Shown in pieces: positions 49,630 through 61,099 of a DNA stretch of 64,000 nt (position 1 is the first letter of the stretch; each line of letters opens with the position of its first letter). Made by a program: the position numbers and the translations under genes. The stretch comes from Mobula hypostoma (lineage: Eukaryota). The stretch is taken from contig NC_086100.1 of the NCBI RefSeq assembly GCF_963921235.1, forward strand, positions 48,484,001 through 48,548,000, written 5' to 3'. The notes under the pieces are model-generated. The model made no database searches, was not told the DNA's origin, and saw only the letters and a list, made by a program, of their open reading frames with translations.

Positions 49630-50672
49630 CTCTCTGCACCACACACAAAATGCTGAGGAACTTAGCAGGCCAGGCAGCATCTATGGAGAAGTAAACTGTT
49701 GACATTTCAGGCCGAGACCCTTCCAACAGGGCTGGAAAAAAAAGATGAAAATTAGAGCAAAAGGTAGGGGGGAGAGGGAGGAAGTACAACAAGGTGGTAG
49801 GTGATAGTGAAACCAGGAGAGGGGAGGGGTGAGGTAAAGGGCTGGGAAGTTGATTAGTTAAAGAGATAAAGGGCTGAAGAAGTGGGAATCTGATAGGTGG
49901 GTTGAAGACCATGAAAGAAAGGGAAGGGCTATCCAGACAGAATACCAGGTGCTGCTCCTCCAACCCAAGTGTGGCTTCATCATGGTAGTAGAAGTGGCCA
50001 TGGACTGACAGGAAGTAGAATTGAAATGAGTAGCAACCAGATCCTGCTTTTTCTGGCTGACAGAGCATAGATGCTCAGCGAAGCAGCCTCCCAATCTACG
50101 TGAGTCTAACCAATGTACAGGAGGCCACACTGGGAGCACTGGGTACAGCAGATAACCCCCACACACACAGCTGGAAGTACAGTTTGGGGCCCTGAATGTT
50201 AGTGAGGGAGAAGGTGCAGGGTCCGGTGTGGCACTTGTTCCACTTGCAAGGGGGAAGATCATTGCGGAGGGATGAGTGGACAAGGGTGCAATCCCTGCGG
50301 AAAGCGGAAGTTGTGGAGGACGGGGGGGGGGGTTTGTTTGGTGGTGGGAGAATGGGGTGAGGGTAAATGTGTGTGAAATGAGGGTTGTGGGTGAGGGTGA
50401 GGGCAGCATTGGTGGTGGAGGAAGGAAAGCTCTTTTCATTGAAGGAGGACAAGTCATTCACTGTGGAGTAAAAAGCCTCATCCTGAGAGCAGATGCAGTG
50501 GAGATGGAGAAACTGAGAGAAGGGGATGACATTTTTTACAAGTGACATGGTGGGAGGAGATATAGTCCAGGTAGCTGTGAGAATCAGTGGGTTTATAAAA
50601 GATAGCAGTAGCTAAACTGTCTCCAGAGATAGAGACAGAGAGAGATCGAGAAAGGAAGAGAGGTGTCAGAAA
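49630..50672 (-). mobile_element. Penelope-like element fragment
   Basis: IFYKPTDSHSYLDY.SSH..KNVIPFSQFL, GIY-YIG remnant, terminus with degenerate hammerhead motif near 49697-49735. Confidence 0.85.
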
Positions 50673-50688
50673 AGCATCCTCTCTGTAC

Positions 50689-50721
50689 CATAAACAACAG
50701 GAATTCTGTAGATGTGTGTTG
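50689..50721. mobile_element. Collapsed Penelope fold-back footprint
   Basis: AAACAACAGGAATTCTGTAGATG joined to TGTGTTG; TSD CTCTCTGTAC (50679-50688, 50722-50731). Confidence 0.7.
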
Positions 50722-51744
50722 CTCTCTGTACTGTGCCTCTCATGAGAGATGCACAAACTATACTCTAATGTGATTACCAACAAACTGGAACTTGGAAGTA
50801 CCAGATTTCAAGTCACTTTAAAAACGAAAATTTGGTAATCAAATACATTCAAAAAACTGCTCATTCAAAAATATAATACTAACCTCCCTCAAAGTTATTT
50901 TATACCAAAGTGACCAATTAGAAATTACAAATGAAATTAATTTATCCAGAAAATATGACATCCCACCAACAAGCGAGAGAAGAGTATTAATTAACTTTGT
51001 GATATTCTTAATATGTTTGAATGAGAATTTAAGATGATGCACTTTCGCCTGAATTTGTAAGTACATCTTAAATTCCTCAAATACATTACTTTAAACACTA
51101 CAGGTCCAATTTATATACTTCAGAAACTAGTTACAGTACAAAATTCCAGCTTGTTACAGATCTCCTCCATTGCAAACTAATAGAATAAAACTTTACATTC
51201 ATATAGCATAATCCATTATCGCATTTCTTCATTAAATTTGCCAATCAAAATTCACTTGGAATTTACAAGTGCTAAAAAAAAAGTGACTATACAAGCTATC
51301 CTGTGAATTTCAGAGGTAGTTACTGGCCAATGTACAGAAGGATTGAAAGCAATTTGCAATCTTGTGCTACATTGAACTTTCTCAAGTCTCTGGAGTGGGT
51401 CAGAACAATTTGTTCTACACCAACAGCAAGTATTTTGTTAAATTAAAAGGTAGACATTCATTGAAAATTGTCATGTACATCCACGCGTGAGAATGTCTTT
51501 TCATAAACACGTGAAATTTGTTTACAAATTTAACATGGAACAATTTAGCAACTTCTCTTTTAGAACAGGGGTTGATTTAAATTTAAAAAATCTTAACACA
51601 AAAATACTTCATATTTACCATATTCTTTAACATTGTGAATTTAAACAGAATAACCTTTTCCAAGTGCAAGATAAATCTTTGAAAATGCATCGACTTTACA
51701 AATAAAAATGGACTTCACAGCTGATTTTTCTTTCTTTTATGTTG

Positions 51745-51950
51745 CAGGCCAGAGCAGCATAATGATTTAGCAATTAGTACCTCACAGCTCAATGCTCCCA
51801 AGTTCAATCCCAACCTCAGGTGCTGAAATTCGCAGGTTGTTCCCATGGCCAAGTAATTTTTCTCTAGATAATCCAGCATCTTCCCACATCCCAAATATAC
51901 GTAGATTGGTTTATTATTTAGTGGTCAATTAACCTAAGTGTAACCAGGTG
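51745..51950 (+). mobile_element. Degenerate V-SINE
   Basis: CCTCACAGCTC..AAGTTCAATCC..TTCCCACATCCCAAA pattern. Confidence 0.5.
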
Positions 51951-52984
51951 GCAGGAAAAGCAAGACTAGTTTAGAGGTAACTTAAGAGAATATAATGCAG
52001 GGCAGTGAGGGAGTAAGACCAAGAGAACAAAGGTGCAAGCACCAACACAACGCACAGAATGCTTCTGCATGTCCTAAAAAAAAGAAAAATTAGTATTTAA
52101 AAACACCAATGAAATCACATTCATAGGTTTGGATTTTTTTTTAAAATAGGAAGAGGTAAAAGAGGGAGAGAAAAACTCAATTACCACTCTGCAAAGGGAC
52201 ATTACAGACTGGCATATGTTCATAGTTCTCAGTAATTTTTAAGCTGAATAGCTTAAATTAGCTGAAAATTGAGAAACAGAGAAATGTTGATAAATGTAGT
52301 AAAGCTTTAAGAGAAAACGTCCGTGCTAGCACCAAATTAAAATCTATAGCAAGTTGGTCAAAAACTGTAGCCTAAAAACTAGCAGCTTTCAAGCTGGTTA
52401 TTTCAAACAATATTTTTCAACTAGGAATTATATAAGCACCCAATATTTGTTTGTTAACAGAATTATAGTAAATTAAAAAGGATTATATTATTTCATTCTA
52501 CTACTTAAGTTTTTCTTCATTTCACTGTTGCAAGACAATACACTAAAATTAAACATCTCTAAAGCCAAGTACAAGTAATAAATCTCGACAGACTACATAG
52601 TTCTAAACTAACATTACATTTTAAAAGTACATAGCTTGGATTCTTCTGCTTTCCATAACACAGAATAAAGACATTACTTACCACTTTAATAAACTTTATA
52701 AATGCAGACAACTTATCAAATTATGTTGTGTATATATGAATTTAACTACTTGAAAATAGTCAACATCTGTTTTCAATTTATGTCTACCATCACTTTATTT
52801 GAGCATTAATGGCTGTATTTACTTAACATTTCATCTCAGAATAATTGACTTCAGTGATGAAGATGGCTGCCACTGAATGCAGCACTCTGATAAGAGTTCA
52901 TTGGCTTTCAGTTTCACTAGTGCGAGAGGAGCATTAAATTTTAAGGTGTTATAGAAGATAAAAAATCTCAAGGAGGCAATTCAT

Positions 52985-53520
52985 CAGAAAAACTCAGCAA
53001 AATAAAATTCCGGTTTATTGGACAACAAACTTGTTTCACACATACAACAGGCCACAATGGACAGTATTTCAGACAAAAAAACCTTGATCTTTGGCCTTTC
53101 CACCTCATACAAACCAACTACTTATCGTACAGCTAAAGTACATACACAGTTATTGGAATGATCAAATTAATTTTGTGTTTTTATTTATTTTTACAGGTTA
53201 CCTTTATGATAATGTGGCCAAGACATGGTCAAACCACCAGTAAAGTCTGTTTTACAGAAGAACTTCAAAGCCCTGTTTGGTCACCAGAGATCAATGTTTA
53301 AATTGGCTGACCTCTAACCATATGTACAAAAATATAAAATGTAAATAAAAATACAAACAAATTCTCCTTTAGGATTTTAAGAAAGAAGTAGGGCAATGAA
53401 GTCTTAGTAATTTTATTTTAAAAATTCTGCTGTTGACTTGCACTGGTGTACACTCTACTTAGTGATGATGACCAAGTTTTTCCAACAGAAAAAAAGGGGA
53501 ACGTGGAAGAAAGTACAGTT
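52985..53520 (-). other. ptma: ptma 3'UTR
   Basis: AU-rich sequence after the stop, with a Pumilio element TGTACATA (53321-53328), a miR-1/206 seed match CATTCCA (53154-53160) and a terminal AATAAA. The 3' end position is approximate. Confidence 0.8.
53014..53019 (-). terminator. ptma polyadenylation signal AATAAA
   Basis: TTTATT on the + strand, in context GTCCAATAAACCGGAATTTTATTTTGCTGAG (minus), similar to the human PTMA mRNA end as recalled. Confidence 0.8.
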
Positions 53521-53562
53521 TTATTCATCATCTGTTTTCTGCTTCTTCTTTGCAACATCATC
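53521..53562 (-). CDS. ptma: ptma coding exon 5 (DDVAKKKQKTDDE*)
   Basis: Acceptor CCCCATAG|GAT; C-terminal NLS KKKQK; TAA at 53523-53521. Confidence 0.95.
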   Translation of the reverse strand, partial: DDVAKKKQKTDDE

Positions 53563-56500
53563 CTATGGGGAGTTGAAAAACATTAAATAATGATTGTTGC
53601 CTTCATTGACATAATTACAATTTAATTACAAAAGTGATTTTTTAACCATTATCGATACGTAGTAAATAATAACAAAATTTTATAATTTTGCCATTAGTTC
53701 CAGAACTTTTGAATAGAAAAGTCTATTTAAAATTTTAACTTAGTACATACCCAAGTCAGTATCACATTTCTGGGTTCTTTTACAGATATCCAAAACAGTA
53801 AAATTATTTACTACTTTGGTTTCTGTAGAAACACAACTGAAAAGGTAGACGATAAACGAAACCACGAATTTCAATTGCGCACCCTGCTCAATAAAACAAG
53901 CAGGCATATCAGATCTACCTACCTCCTCATCTTCAGCCACTCGTTTCTCTGCAGCACCCTCACATTCATCTTCATCACCTTCTTCATCTAGGAGAAAAAT
54001 TATCCATGATTTCAATAATAGATGGAAAGAAGTTTCACCCCACCCCCATGATCATAACAGACTATTACCCATTTTCATTCAGGTGAGACAAGTACATGAC
54101 AAACTCTCATTAGGTCAGCAGAACAGCTCAAACACATCATAGTTGTATGTCATGTTGATAATATTTCCAACTTCAGAAAAACTAAAACAAGTCAATAATC
54201 ATAACGTTGCCTAATGCAAGATCACAGGTCATTCAAGGCACTACACCGTGGAGAATTTAGAAACATCTGTGTCATTCCCCGGATGGCCAGTAGTGTCACT
54301 GTAAAAGTAACAACATGGAAACAAAGACTGAGCATGTGCACATCAGTTGATACAAAGGACTCAAATGCTACAGTTAAATTTCCTATTATATAATCAGTTC
54401 ATAAAATGTGGGAAGTAAACTGGAAATATGCTTTAAAGAAAGCAGTCTTAACAGAAAGGAAGAACAAGTACAGCTCAAAACACTCCAGGCATCTCAAACT
54501 AAATTAACACAAAAGTCAACTAGTTGTTTTATTTTACCCATATGGTTTGAAGATTGCCTATGCTAATTCTCTACATCCAGAAACGTTATTAGTCAGAAAG
54601 TTACCTTCTTCATCCTCTTCCTCTTCATCATCTTCCCCAACATCTTCACTTTCTTCATCTTCTACCTCATCTGCATTCTCTTCAACCTCTTGTTCTCCAT
54701 TTTCTTCATTCTCCTAAAAAAAAAGAAAAACCGACACTGAAATAATTCACCACGATTGACTACGGCAGAAAACTCGACAGCAAACTAGTTTAGCAACTTA
54801 CGGCATTTCCGTTAGCTGGTGCGTCACCTTTGCCATTCTCCGGCTCCACTTCTTGAGTTTTCTTCAGATCCTTTAAAAGAAAAAGATAAAATTCAACAAT
54901 GCGCAACGGCGTAGCTAAGAAAGTACTTTCCTAACTTTTATGTTCATCACTTTCCGCCTTTCACTTTGATGTTTGCAAAAAATAAATATTCAGCCAATTG
55001 GGAATTTCTGAAAAAAACTCGCCCACCTAAGTGCCCTAGCAAACGGACGTCAAATTGCACCTTCCCCGCCTGCCTGCGTGCATTGGCTGCTCTGGCAGTC
55101 GGCGCCGCCCAGCCCACTGGTATCGCGATCTGTCTCCGCCCGTCCCGCTTAAATCTGGATGATCGAAAACCACGGGGCATATTGGGAATGGTAGTTCTCT
55201 GCGTGGCGCTGCCTTAATGTTTCGTATCCCCACAGGGGCAAACCGGACTACAAACTCGCAGCGTGCTCAGCACGCACCACCTACACGCGCAAATCGCCAG
55301 AAATAGCACACACATCCACCTTTCTCTCAACGCTTCTTCTCCGCCATCACAAACAGCCTCACCTCGAGAGTCTAAATCGCAACTCGCTCAAGCGCAACAG
55401 ATCTACAAATCACTCAGTCTTTCATGCATGCGGAGTTACATTGTGGACCGACGGTTTGCAGTACGTAGTTTGTACATCAGACATGAAAGCATTATAAAGT
55501 AAATCGCAATAATCCGTCCGAACAAAGAGATTACCCCACGCAATAAAAATATGAATTCGAAAATAAATTTCATATACAATTTTAACTTCACAAGGACAAC
55601 TTCTAAAATCAATCTCTCCCCAATACTTCGTTCTGCGACTTGTAAATATGTCATCACCCTACACTGCATCTCGATCTGATCGATCCTCGTCCAATTTATT
55701 AAATTGTTTCCTAATCTTTATCTCCTAATCCGTTTATAGCTGTCATTATCCCCAAGGCCACCTTTTTCACGATCCGACATTCTCTCGCCCTTTTCCTTTC
55801 TCCCCGAAGGATCAATCGTAGGATCAAAATCAATCGTCCTCCATTTAAGAAACTGGTATACAATCTACTCAATAGCGCAAAATTTTACAGGATCCAAATA
55901 TAAAGACAGCTAAGATCAGTCACCTTCTAAACTGGTCGATCTTTTACAGATCACAAGAAAGCGCGATGTAACCGGTTTCAGAGGCGGAAGTAAAGCTCCG
56001 GCTTTCACACTTCAAACCGACTATTTTCATCACACAAATGTCATGCAGAAAGAATGCAAACCCCCCCCCCAAAAAAAAATTACTTCGAAACACTAAACTC
56101 GTTACGAATCGTGCGACTAAATCCTGCCCCCAAACCCAGTTCAGCAGAATAAACCTGCGCAGAGGTGGGATATATTTTTTTAATTATCAATTTTAAAATA
56201 TCAAGGCTCAGGAAACTCCTGAACCAAGCCATTTTCATCAATCACCTTTCAAAAATGGATATTTGATCGACATTTGAGGAAAAGCGGGAGGGACCTGAAC
56301 GCGATCGATGTATTTGCTCAGCCTATCGCAAAAACTACGAGAAACGTTAAAAAGTCAACAATTCTCATCCGATCTTACGTAAACGTTATCTGAAGTCACT
56401 ATTGAGGCAAATCAGATAACGAGGGTAGTTTTCAACCAACCTTACCCCCAATCACTCCACCCCCTCCTTCCCCGTGTTTTGCTGCCGTACATTAATGCTG

Positions 56501-57438
56501 ATCTAACCCCTAATGAAGTCGGGAGAAGCGATACCGAAACCGGGCGGTGCGCTCTCTACCCACCTCCAAACACAACAATGCACAACTTCAACGGTGGTGC
56601 CAGCACCTGCACTTCTTCAAACGTGGGGAGTACTGCCAGTGGCGGGAAATAAGGTCATTTAACAGAAATATATACACAAACATGGTAACCCGCATGTGAA
56701 GTACGCGCTCCGTGCCTAGCCGCAGACTCTCGAACTGCGTGACCCTTTGATGTTGCTACAATTCAACTGTATCCGAATAGATACAGCCAGACTCACGCAG
56801 TAACTATCGGTCCGAAGAAAATCCTCTTCTGCTTTAAAAAAAAGGCGCGATCGCCTTTTGTAGTATGATTTATTACCAAATTCACAAAGCGAGAGGGAAC
56901 GCGGGTCGACCCTCGCAACGCAACTCGATTAAAGGAACAATAAAGATCGGCATCCAAATCAAAGTGAACCAATGTCCGTCAACAGCAGCTCGGGAAACTT
57001 GACTTTCACGATTTAACATCCACACTGACCCTCCAGCTGCTTTTCCATTCCGAGAGAAATGCAGAACTTTCTGTACAACACCTTTCCGCCCTTCAAAACG
57101 GAAAGCGGAGCTTTAATGGATTTCTCATTGAAACAGGGTTCAGTTAACTAAACGCCAACTTTCGCAAGTATCTGACACTTTGCAACTCAACCTTTTTTTA
57201 AAATAAAGTCTTCCATTTAGATTTTTGTTTGAAGTGGATCTCAGATTCTCAAGCCTGCCGTCTTTATCACAAAGAACCCGTGCTTATTCCTTTCAAAATG
57301 TAACAAGCCGTTTGTTGTATTTTGCTGCTTTTTAAGATCATTCCACCGAACTGAATGGATTTTTGTCGAAACAAAACACGAGCACACTGTTACCTTCGGG
57401 GATCGTTCGACACTCTTTTCTACTGTGCTTTCTGACAT
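53521..57438 (-). CDS. ptma: Prothymosin alpha, complete 5-exon CDS: join(57394-57438, 54802-54870, 54605-54713, 53923-53987, 53521-53562), 109 aa
   Basis: Spliced translation MSESTVEKSVERSPKDLKKTQEVEPENGKGDAPANGNAENEENGEQEVEENADEVEDEESEDVGEDDEEEEDEEDEEGDEDECEGAAEKRVAEDEEDDVAKKKQKTDDE*. All four introns are GT-AG with consistent phases (0,0,1,0). Has the DLK, APANGNA, NEENGE, acidic core, KR and KKQK hallmarks of vertebrate PTMA. Confidence 0.96.
53923..53987 (-). CDS. ptma: ptma coding exon 4 ((D)EEGDEDECEGAAEKRVAEDEE)
   Basis: Acceptor TTTTCTCCTAG|AT; donor GAG|GTAGGT; 65 nt; visible inside ORF 53740-54015. Confidence 0.95.
54605..54713 (-). CDS. ptma: ptma coding exon 3 (ENEENGEQ... acidic tract)
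   Basis: Acceptor polyT-TAG|GAG; donor AAG|GTAAC; 109 nt, phase 1 end. Confidence 0.96.
54802..54870 (-). CDS. ptma: ptma coding exon 2 (DLKKTQEVEPENGKGDAPANGNA)
   Basis: Acceptor TTTTAAAG|GAT; donor GCC|GTAAGT; 69 nt. Confidence 0.96.
57394..57438 (-). CDS. ptma: ptma coding exon 1 (MSESTVEKSVERSPK)
   Basis: ATG at 57438-57436 in GGCATCATG context; donor AAG|GTAACA at 57393. Confidence 0.93.
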
Positions 57439-57584
57439 GATGCCGGTGGCGAAGACGCGTTTAAAAGTGGGGGGAAAGAGAGAGAAGAGTTTAAAAGCGG
57501 AGTCTGTAGTAATGCACGAACTGCGCGACTGCGAGCTGCTGCAAGGCGCTACTGCTGTTACCGCCGCCGCTGGAACTTGCAAAC

Positions 57585-58135
57585 AATGCAAATATGGCTC
57601 ACACACAGAATGAGGGGCTCGCTGCCGCGACTCGCGCATTTACACGGCCATCGCGTCACGGCTCCCGGTTTAAAGTCACGTGATTCACACGCCGCCCCGC
57701 CATTGGGCGAGCGCCCAGAGGCCGGAATCCTGATTGGTCAATTATACGGTCGCAGACAAATCCGATTCTAAAGCTACATTTCTATTGTTCATTAAGGAAA
57801 TGACTCAGTATGCAAAATATAAGAGCAAATAGAACTACAGAATCAATTTCAACGCTTCTTTGTTTGGATTCGCAAGGATGGTATTGTTCTTATACGCCTC
57901 CAGATGGGTGTCGGCACGTTGTGATTGGTGGGTTAGCCGGAGTAGGCGTGGTTTATTGTAACTCCGCCTTCTTCGTGGTCATTGGTGGAATTATGTTATT
58001 ACTTATTAACAAAAACGCCTATTTGACGTCAGTGCTTTATGATTGGTGAGGGTTATTGTCCATCAGTGTGAGTTATGAGCTCTGGCAGGCTGGTGGTGGT
58101 GATTCGCAACATACGGACGGTGTTGTAGTTCTTCA
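57585..58135 (-). promoter_or_regulatory. ptma proximal promoter
   Basis: Inr-like CTCATTC (~57607-57613) with a YY1-type GCCATATT just downstream (57591-57598). E-box GTCACGTGA (core 57677-57682), GC box (~57694-57701), five co-oriented CCAAT boxes (57702, 57733, 57924, 57981, 58042) and CRE TGACGTCA (58024-58031). Confidence 0.75.
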
Positions 58136-58704
58136 AGGGATTGCTGCCCTGCTTTTACCTTCAGCGGTCGTAGGTTGACTACAAGGGTCCCATGAAAACA
58201 CGCTGCTGAAAGTAGTACTGTTATCTACTAGTCTCCGCCGTAGCGAGGTTTTATCTTCATGGAACATGAATATTGATCCTAGAAATACATGGGTAATACA
58301 TCCAAAGGTCACAATCCTGATTGGCCCCATAATTCCAAGTAGGAAATGCAGATCACAATTATGCTTGTTCTACTGATGCTTGCTAATGTGTGGCCCTGAC
58401 GATGCAAGTATTTATTGTCTGTCCTCAATGGCCCTTGAAGGGCTGTTGATGAGCCACTAAATTGGCTAATCGCAGTCTCTGTGGTGCAAATGGACCTGAG
58501 ATATTGCAGAGGAAGGAAATTTCAGAATTTTGACCAGGTGATATTAAGAGGACAGTATTGTATTTCCATGTTTATGACTTGCAGGGTCCAGTTGTAGATA
58601 TTGCTCCTATATGCAAGTTGCTCCAGTACATTTTGTCATTTTAAAATACTGAATATGAAGGCAATGATAAGATGGAATACTTTGACCGGCTAGTGATGCG
58701 GCAA

Positions 58705-59012
58705 CATACAAAATGCTGGAGGAGTTCAGCAGGTCAGGCAGCATCTATGGAAGTCAACCTTTCTGGCCGAGACCCTTCACCAGGACTGGGATGCATGCAA
58801 CCAGGAAGTTGGATGGTATTTTGTCATGCTTCTAATAGGTGTTTTGAATTGTAATATTGCTTAGTGGAGTCAGGTTAGTGTTTTGCCACAAAATATCAGA
58901 AGACTTTGACTTGTGAAGTCACAAGATGCAGTCTTTAGATCTAAGATATTGAGAATTCCTTTGCTCCCACAGATGTTCTCAACCTGCTGAGTTCCTCCAG
59001 CATATTGTTTGT
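58705..59012. mobile_element. Penelope-derived termini in inverted orientation
   Basis: Minus terminus with degenerate hammerhead motif (58705-58790) and plus terminus CCTGCTGAGTTCCTCCAGC (~58965-59012). Confidence 0.6.
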
Positions 59013-59904
59013 TATATTTGGGGGAAGGTCACTAAAACTTTCATTAGCCCCCTGGCAGAAATTTACAGGGAGAAAATTAGAGTCTTGTTACAACAACAAT
59101 AATCTTCCTTTTTGTACCCTTTTGGTGTCTAGGAGTGTTATTTTCACATCACCTTTTGGTGTGAAAGAAAATTACAAATGCAATAATCTTTGCCTTTGCT
59201 CTCTTGTGGGAATTAAATAACTGAGAATGTTCATAGTGATACATCCATTAATTTTTCAACTGTCCAAGGCCATTTACTGACTGGATGTGGCAGATGTTCG
59301 GTGCTTCAATTTTAATCTTTGGTGAGAGATAGCTTAGATCTTTCTTTCTAGAGCATGCTGTGCTTGCAAACATCTGGTCTTGTTGCTTTATCTAGTTTTG
59401 GATGTATTTTAATGTGTATTTCTTGGCATGATCTTAATGAGGCCATGTTTTACCTCTGATTTGATTGATGGTAATAGTAATGGCCAAGATGTTGAATATA
59501 TTTGTCAAATTCATTGTTGCTTCTGGTGGACAACAGCACATCAGATGCCTTGTTATAAGTTGCAAGGTATTCTGCCTCTACTGCATTCAGTGGAAAATGA
59601 CAGAATTTCCTCATTATGACTGCCTTGAACCAGAACCATCATGCCAAATACATCTACAATGAGGAATGCTGCAGATCCAATATTGCAACTGATCCATCAG
59701 CACCTGCCCATCATTGATCCATACATGGACAAAAGAAATAAATTCCAAAGGCGCACTGAGTGCGTGCCCCCCGAGGTAGGATTTGACAAGTATAATGTCA
59801 AGGAGCTTACTGACTCAAGGGAAAATTTTCTCACTAGCTTGAATCACATTTGACACTTACCAAGACTGTTCATTACAACCATATTGTATAACTAGAACTT
59901 CAGC

Positions 59905-60818
59905 TGTTTTATACTTTATACTTTATTGTCGCCAAACAATTGGTACTAGAACATACAATCATCACAGCGATATTTGATGCTGCGCTTCCCACTCCCTGGA
60001 TTACAAATACTAAATATTAAAAATAGTAAAAATTAGTAAATATTAAAAATTTAAATTATAAATCATAAATAGAAAATAGAAAAATGGAAAGTAAGGTAGT
60101 GCAAAAAACCGAGAGGCAGGTCCGGATATTTGGAGGGTACAGCCCAGATCCGGATCAGGATCCGTTCAGCAGTCTTCTCACAGTTGGAAAGAAGCTGTTC
60201 CCAAATCTGGCCGTACGAGTCTTCAAGCTCCTGAACCTTCTCCCGGAGGGAAGAGGGATGAAAAGTGTGTTGGCTGGGTGGGTCGTGTCCTTGATTATCC
60301 TGGCAGCACTGCTCCAACAGCGTGCGGTGTAAAGTGAGTCCACAGATGGAAGATTGGTTTGTGTGATATGCTGCGCCGTGTTCACGATCTTCTACAGCTT
60401 CTTTCGGTCTTGGACAGGACAACTTCCATACCAGGTTGTGATGCACCCTAGAAGAATGCTTTCTACGGTGCATTTATAAAAGGTTTTAGGGGACAGGCCA
60501 AATTTCTTTAGTTTTCTCAGGAAGTAAAGGCGCTGGTGGGCCTCCTTGGCAGTGAACTCTGCTTGCTTGGACTGAGTCAGGTCATTTGTGATACTGACCC
60601 CAAGGAACTTAAAGCTTTTCACCTGTTCCACTTGCACACCACCGATGTAAATTGGGTTGTGCGGTCCGCTACTCCTTCTGAAGTCAACAACCAATTCCTT
60701 CAACTTGCTGACGTTGAGGGATAGTTTATTGTCTTCGCACCATACCACCAGGTTCTTAATTTCCTCTCTGTACTCAAACTCATCATTACCCGAGATACGG
60801 CCTACAATTGTTGTGTCA
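59905..60818 (-). mobile_element. Rex1/Babar-like LINE 3' portion
   Basis: WCEDNKLSLNVSKLKELVVDFRR..FKFLGV..AHQRLYFLRKL..LPSGRRFRSL; (AAAGTAT)n tail. Confidence 0.88.
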
Positions 60819-61099
60819 ATTTACTGATGACTTTCCAAACAAGTTAGCTTATAATTTAATCAGCTTAAATTCCATTCATAATTTTTCAAAATGTATGTGA
60901 CTGGGCAACAGCTGATGTACAGTATATTGTGTTTATTATTTCTCACCTAAGTTCCAGGCAATGACCACATGTTGCATGGGAGCCCCTGATTTGTGGCAGT
61001 ATTGCCATAAACGGGACCTCAGTATTTTAGTCAGTGGGAGTGTCTTTGTGATAGTGTGGTCTGTGCAACAATTATTGAGTTGATTCATCTGGTTTTATT

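Larger units (their letters stand above)
54760..58250. promoter_or_regulatory. CpG island over ptma promoter, exon 1 and intron 1
   Basis: Visibly high CpG density compared with CpG-depleted flanks; no recognisable TEs; boundaries approximate. Confidence 0.75.

Noticed and set aside
1-52000. pde6d or other usual PTMA neighbour genes
   Set aside because: I found no exon matching PDE6D, COPS7B or NCL by eye; very short exons could have been missed
52853-52895. C/D box snoRNA-like GTGATGA..CTGA
   Set aside because: Only ~40 nt between the boxes, no convincing terminal stem, and not intronic on that strand
54247-54298. Possible 52-nt poison exon in ptma intron 3 (TTTTACAG acceptor)
   Set aside because: Donor CG|GTGTAG is weak and there is no other support
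57241-57639. 132-aa minus ORF containing MSESTVEKSVERSPK
   Set aside because: It is ptma exon 1 read with 5' flank and intron; only 57394-57438 is coding
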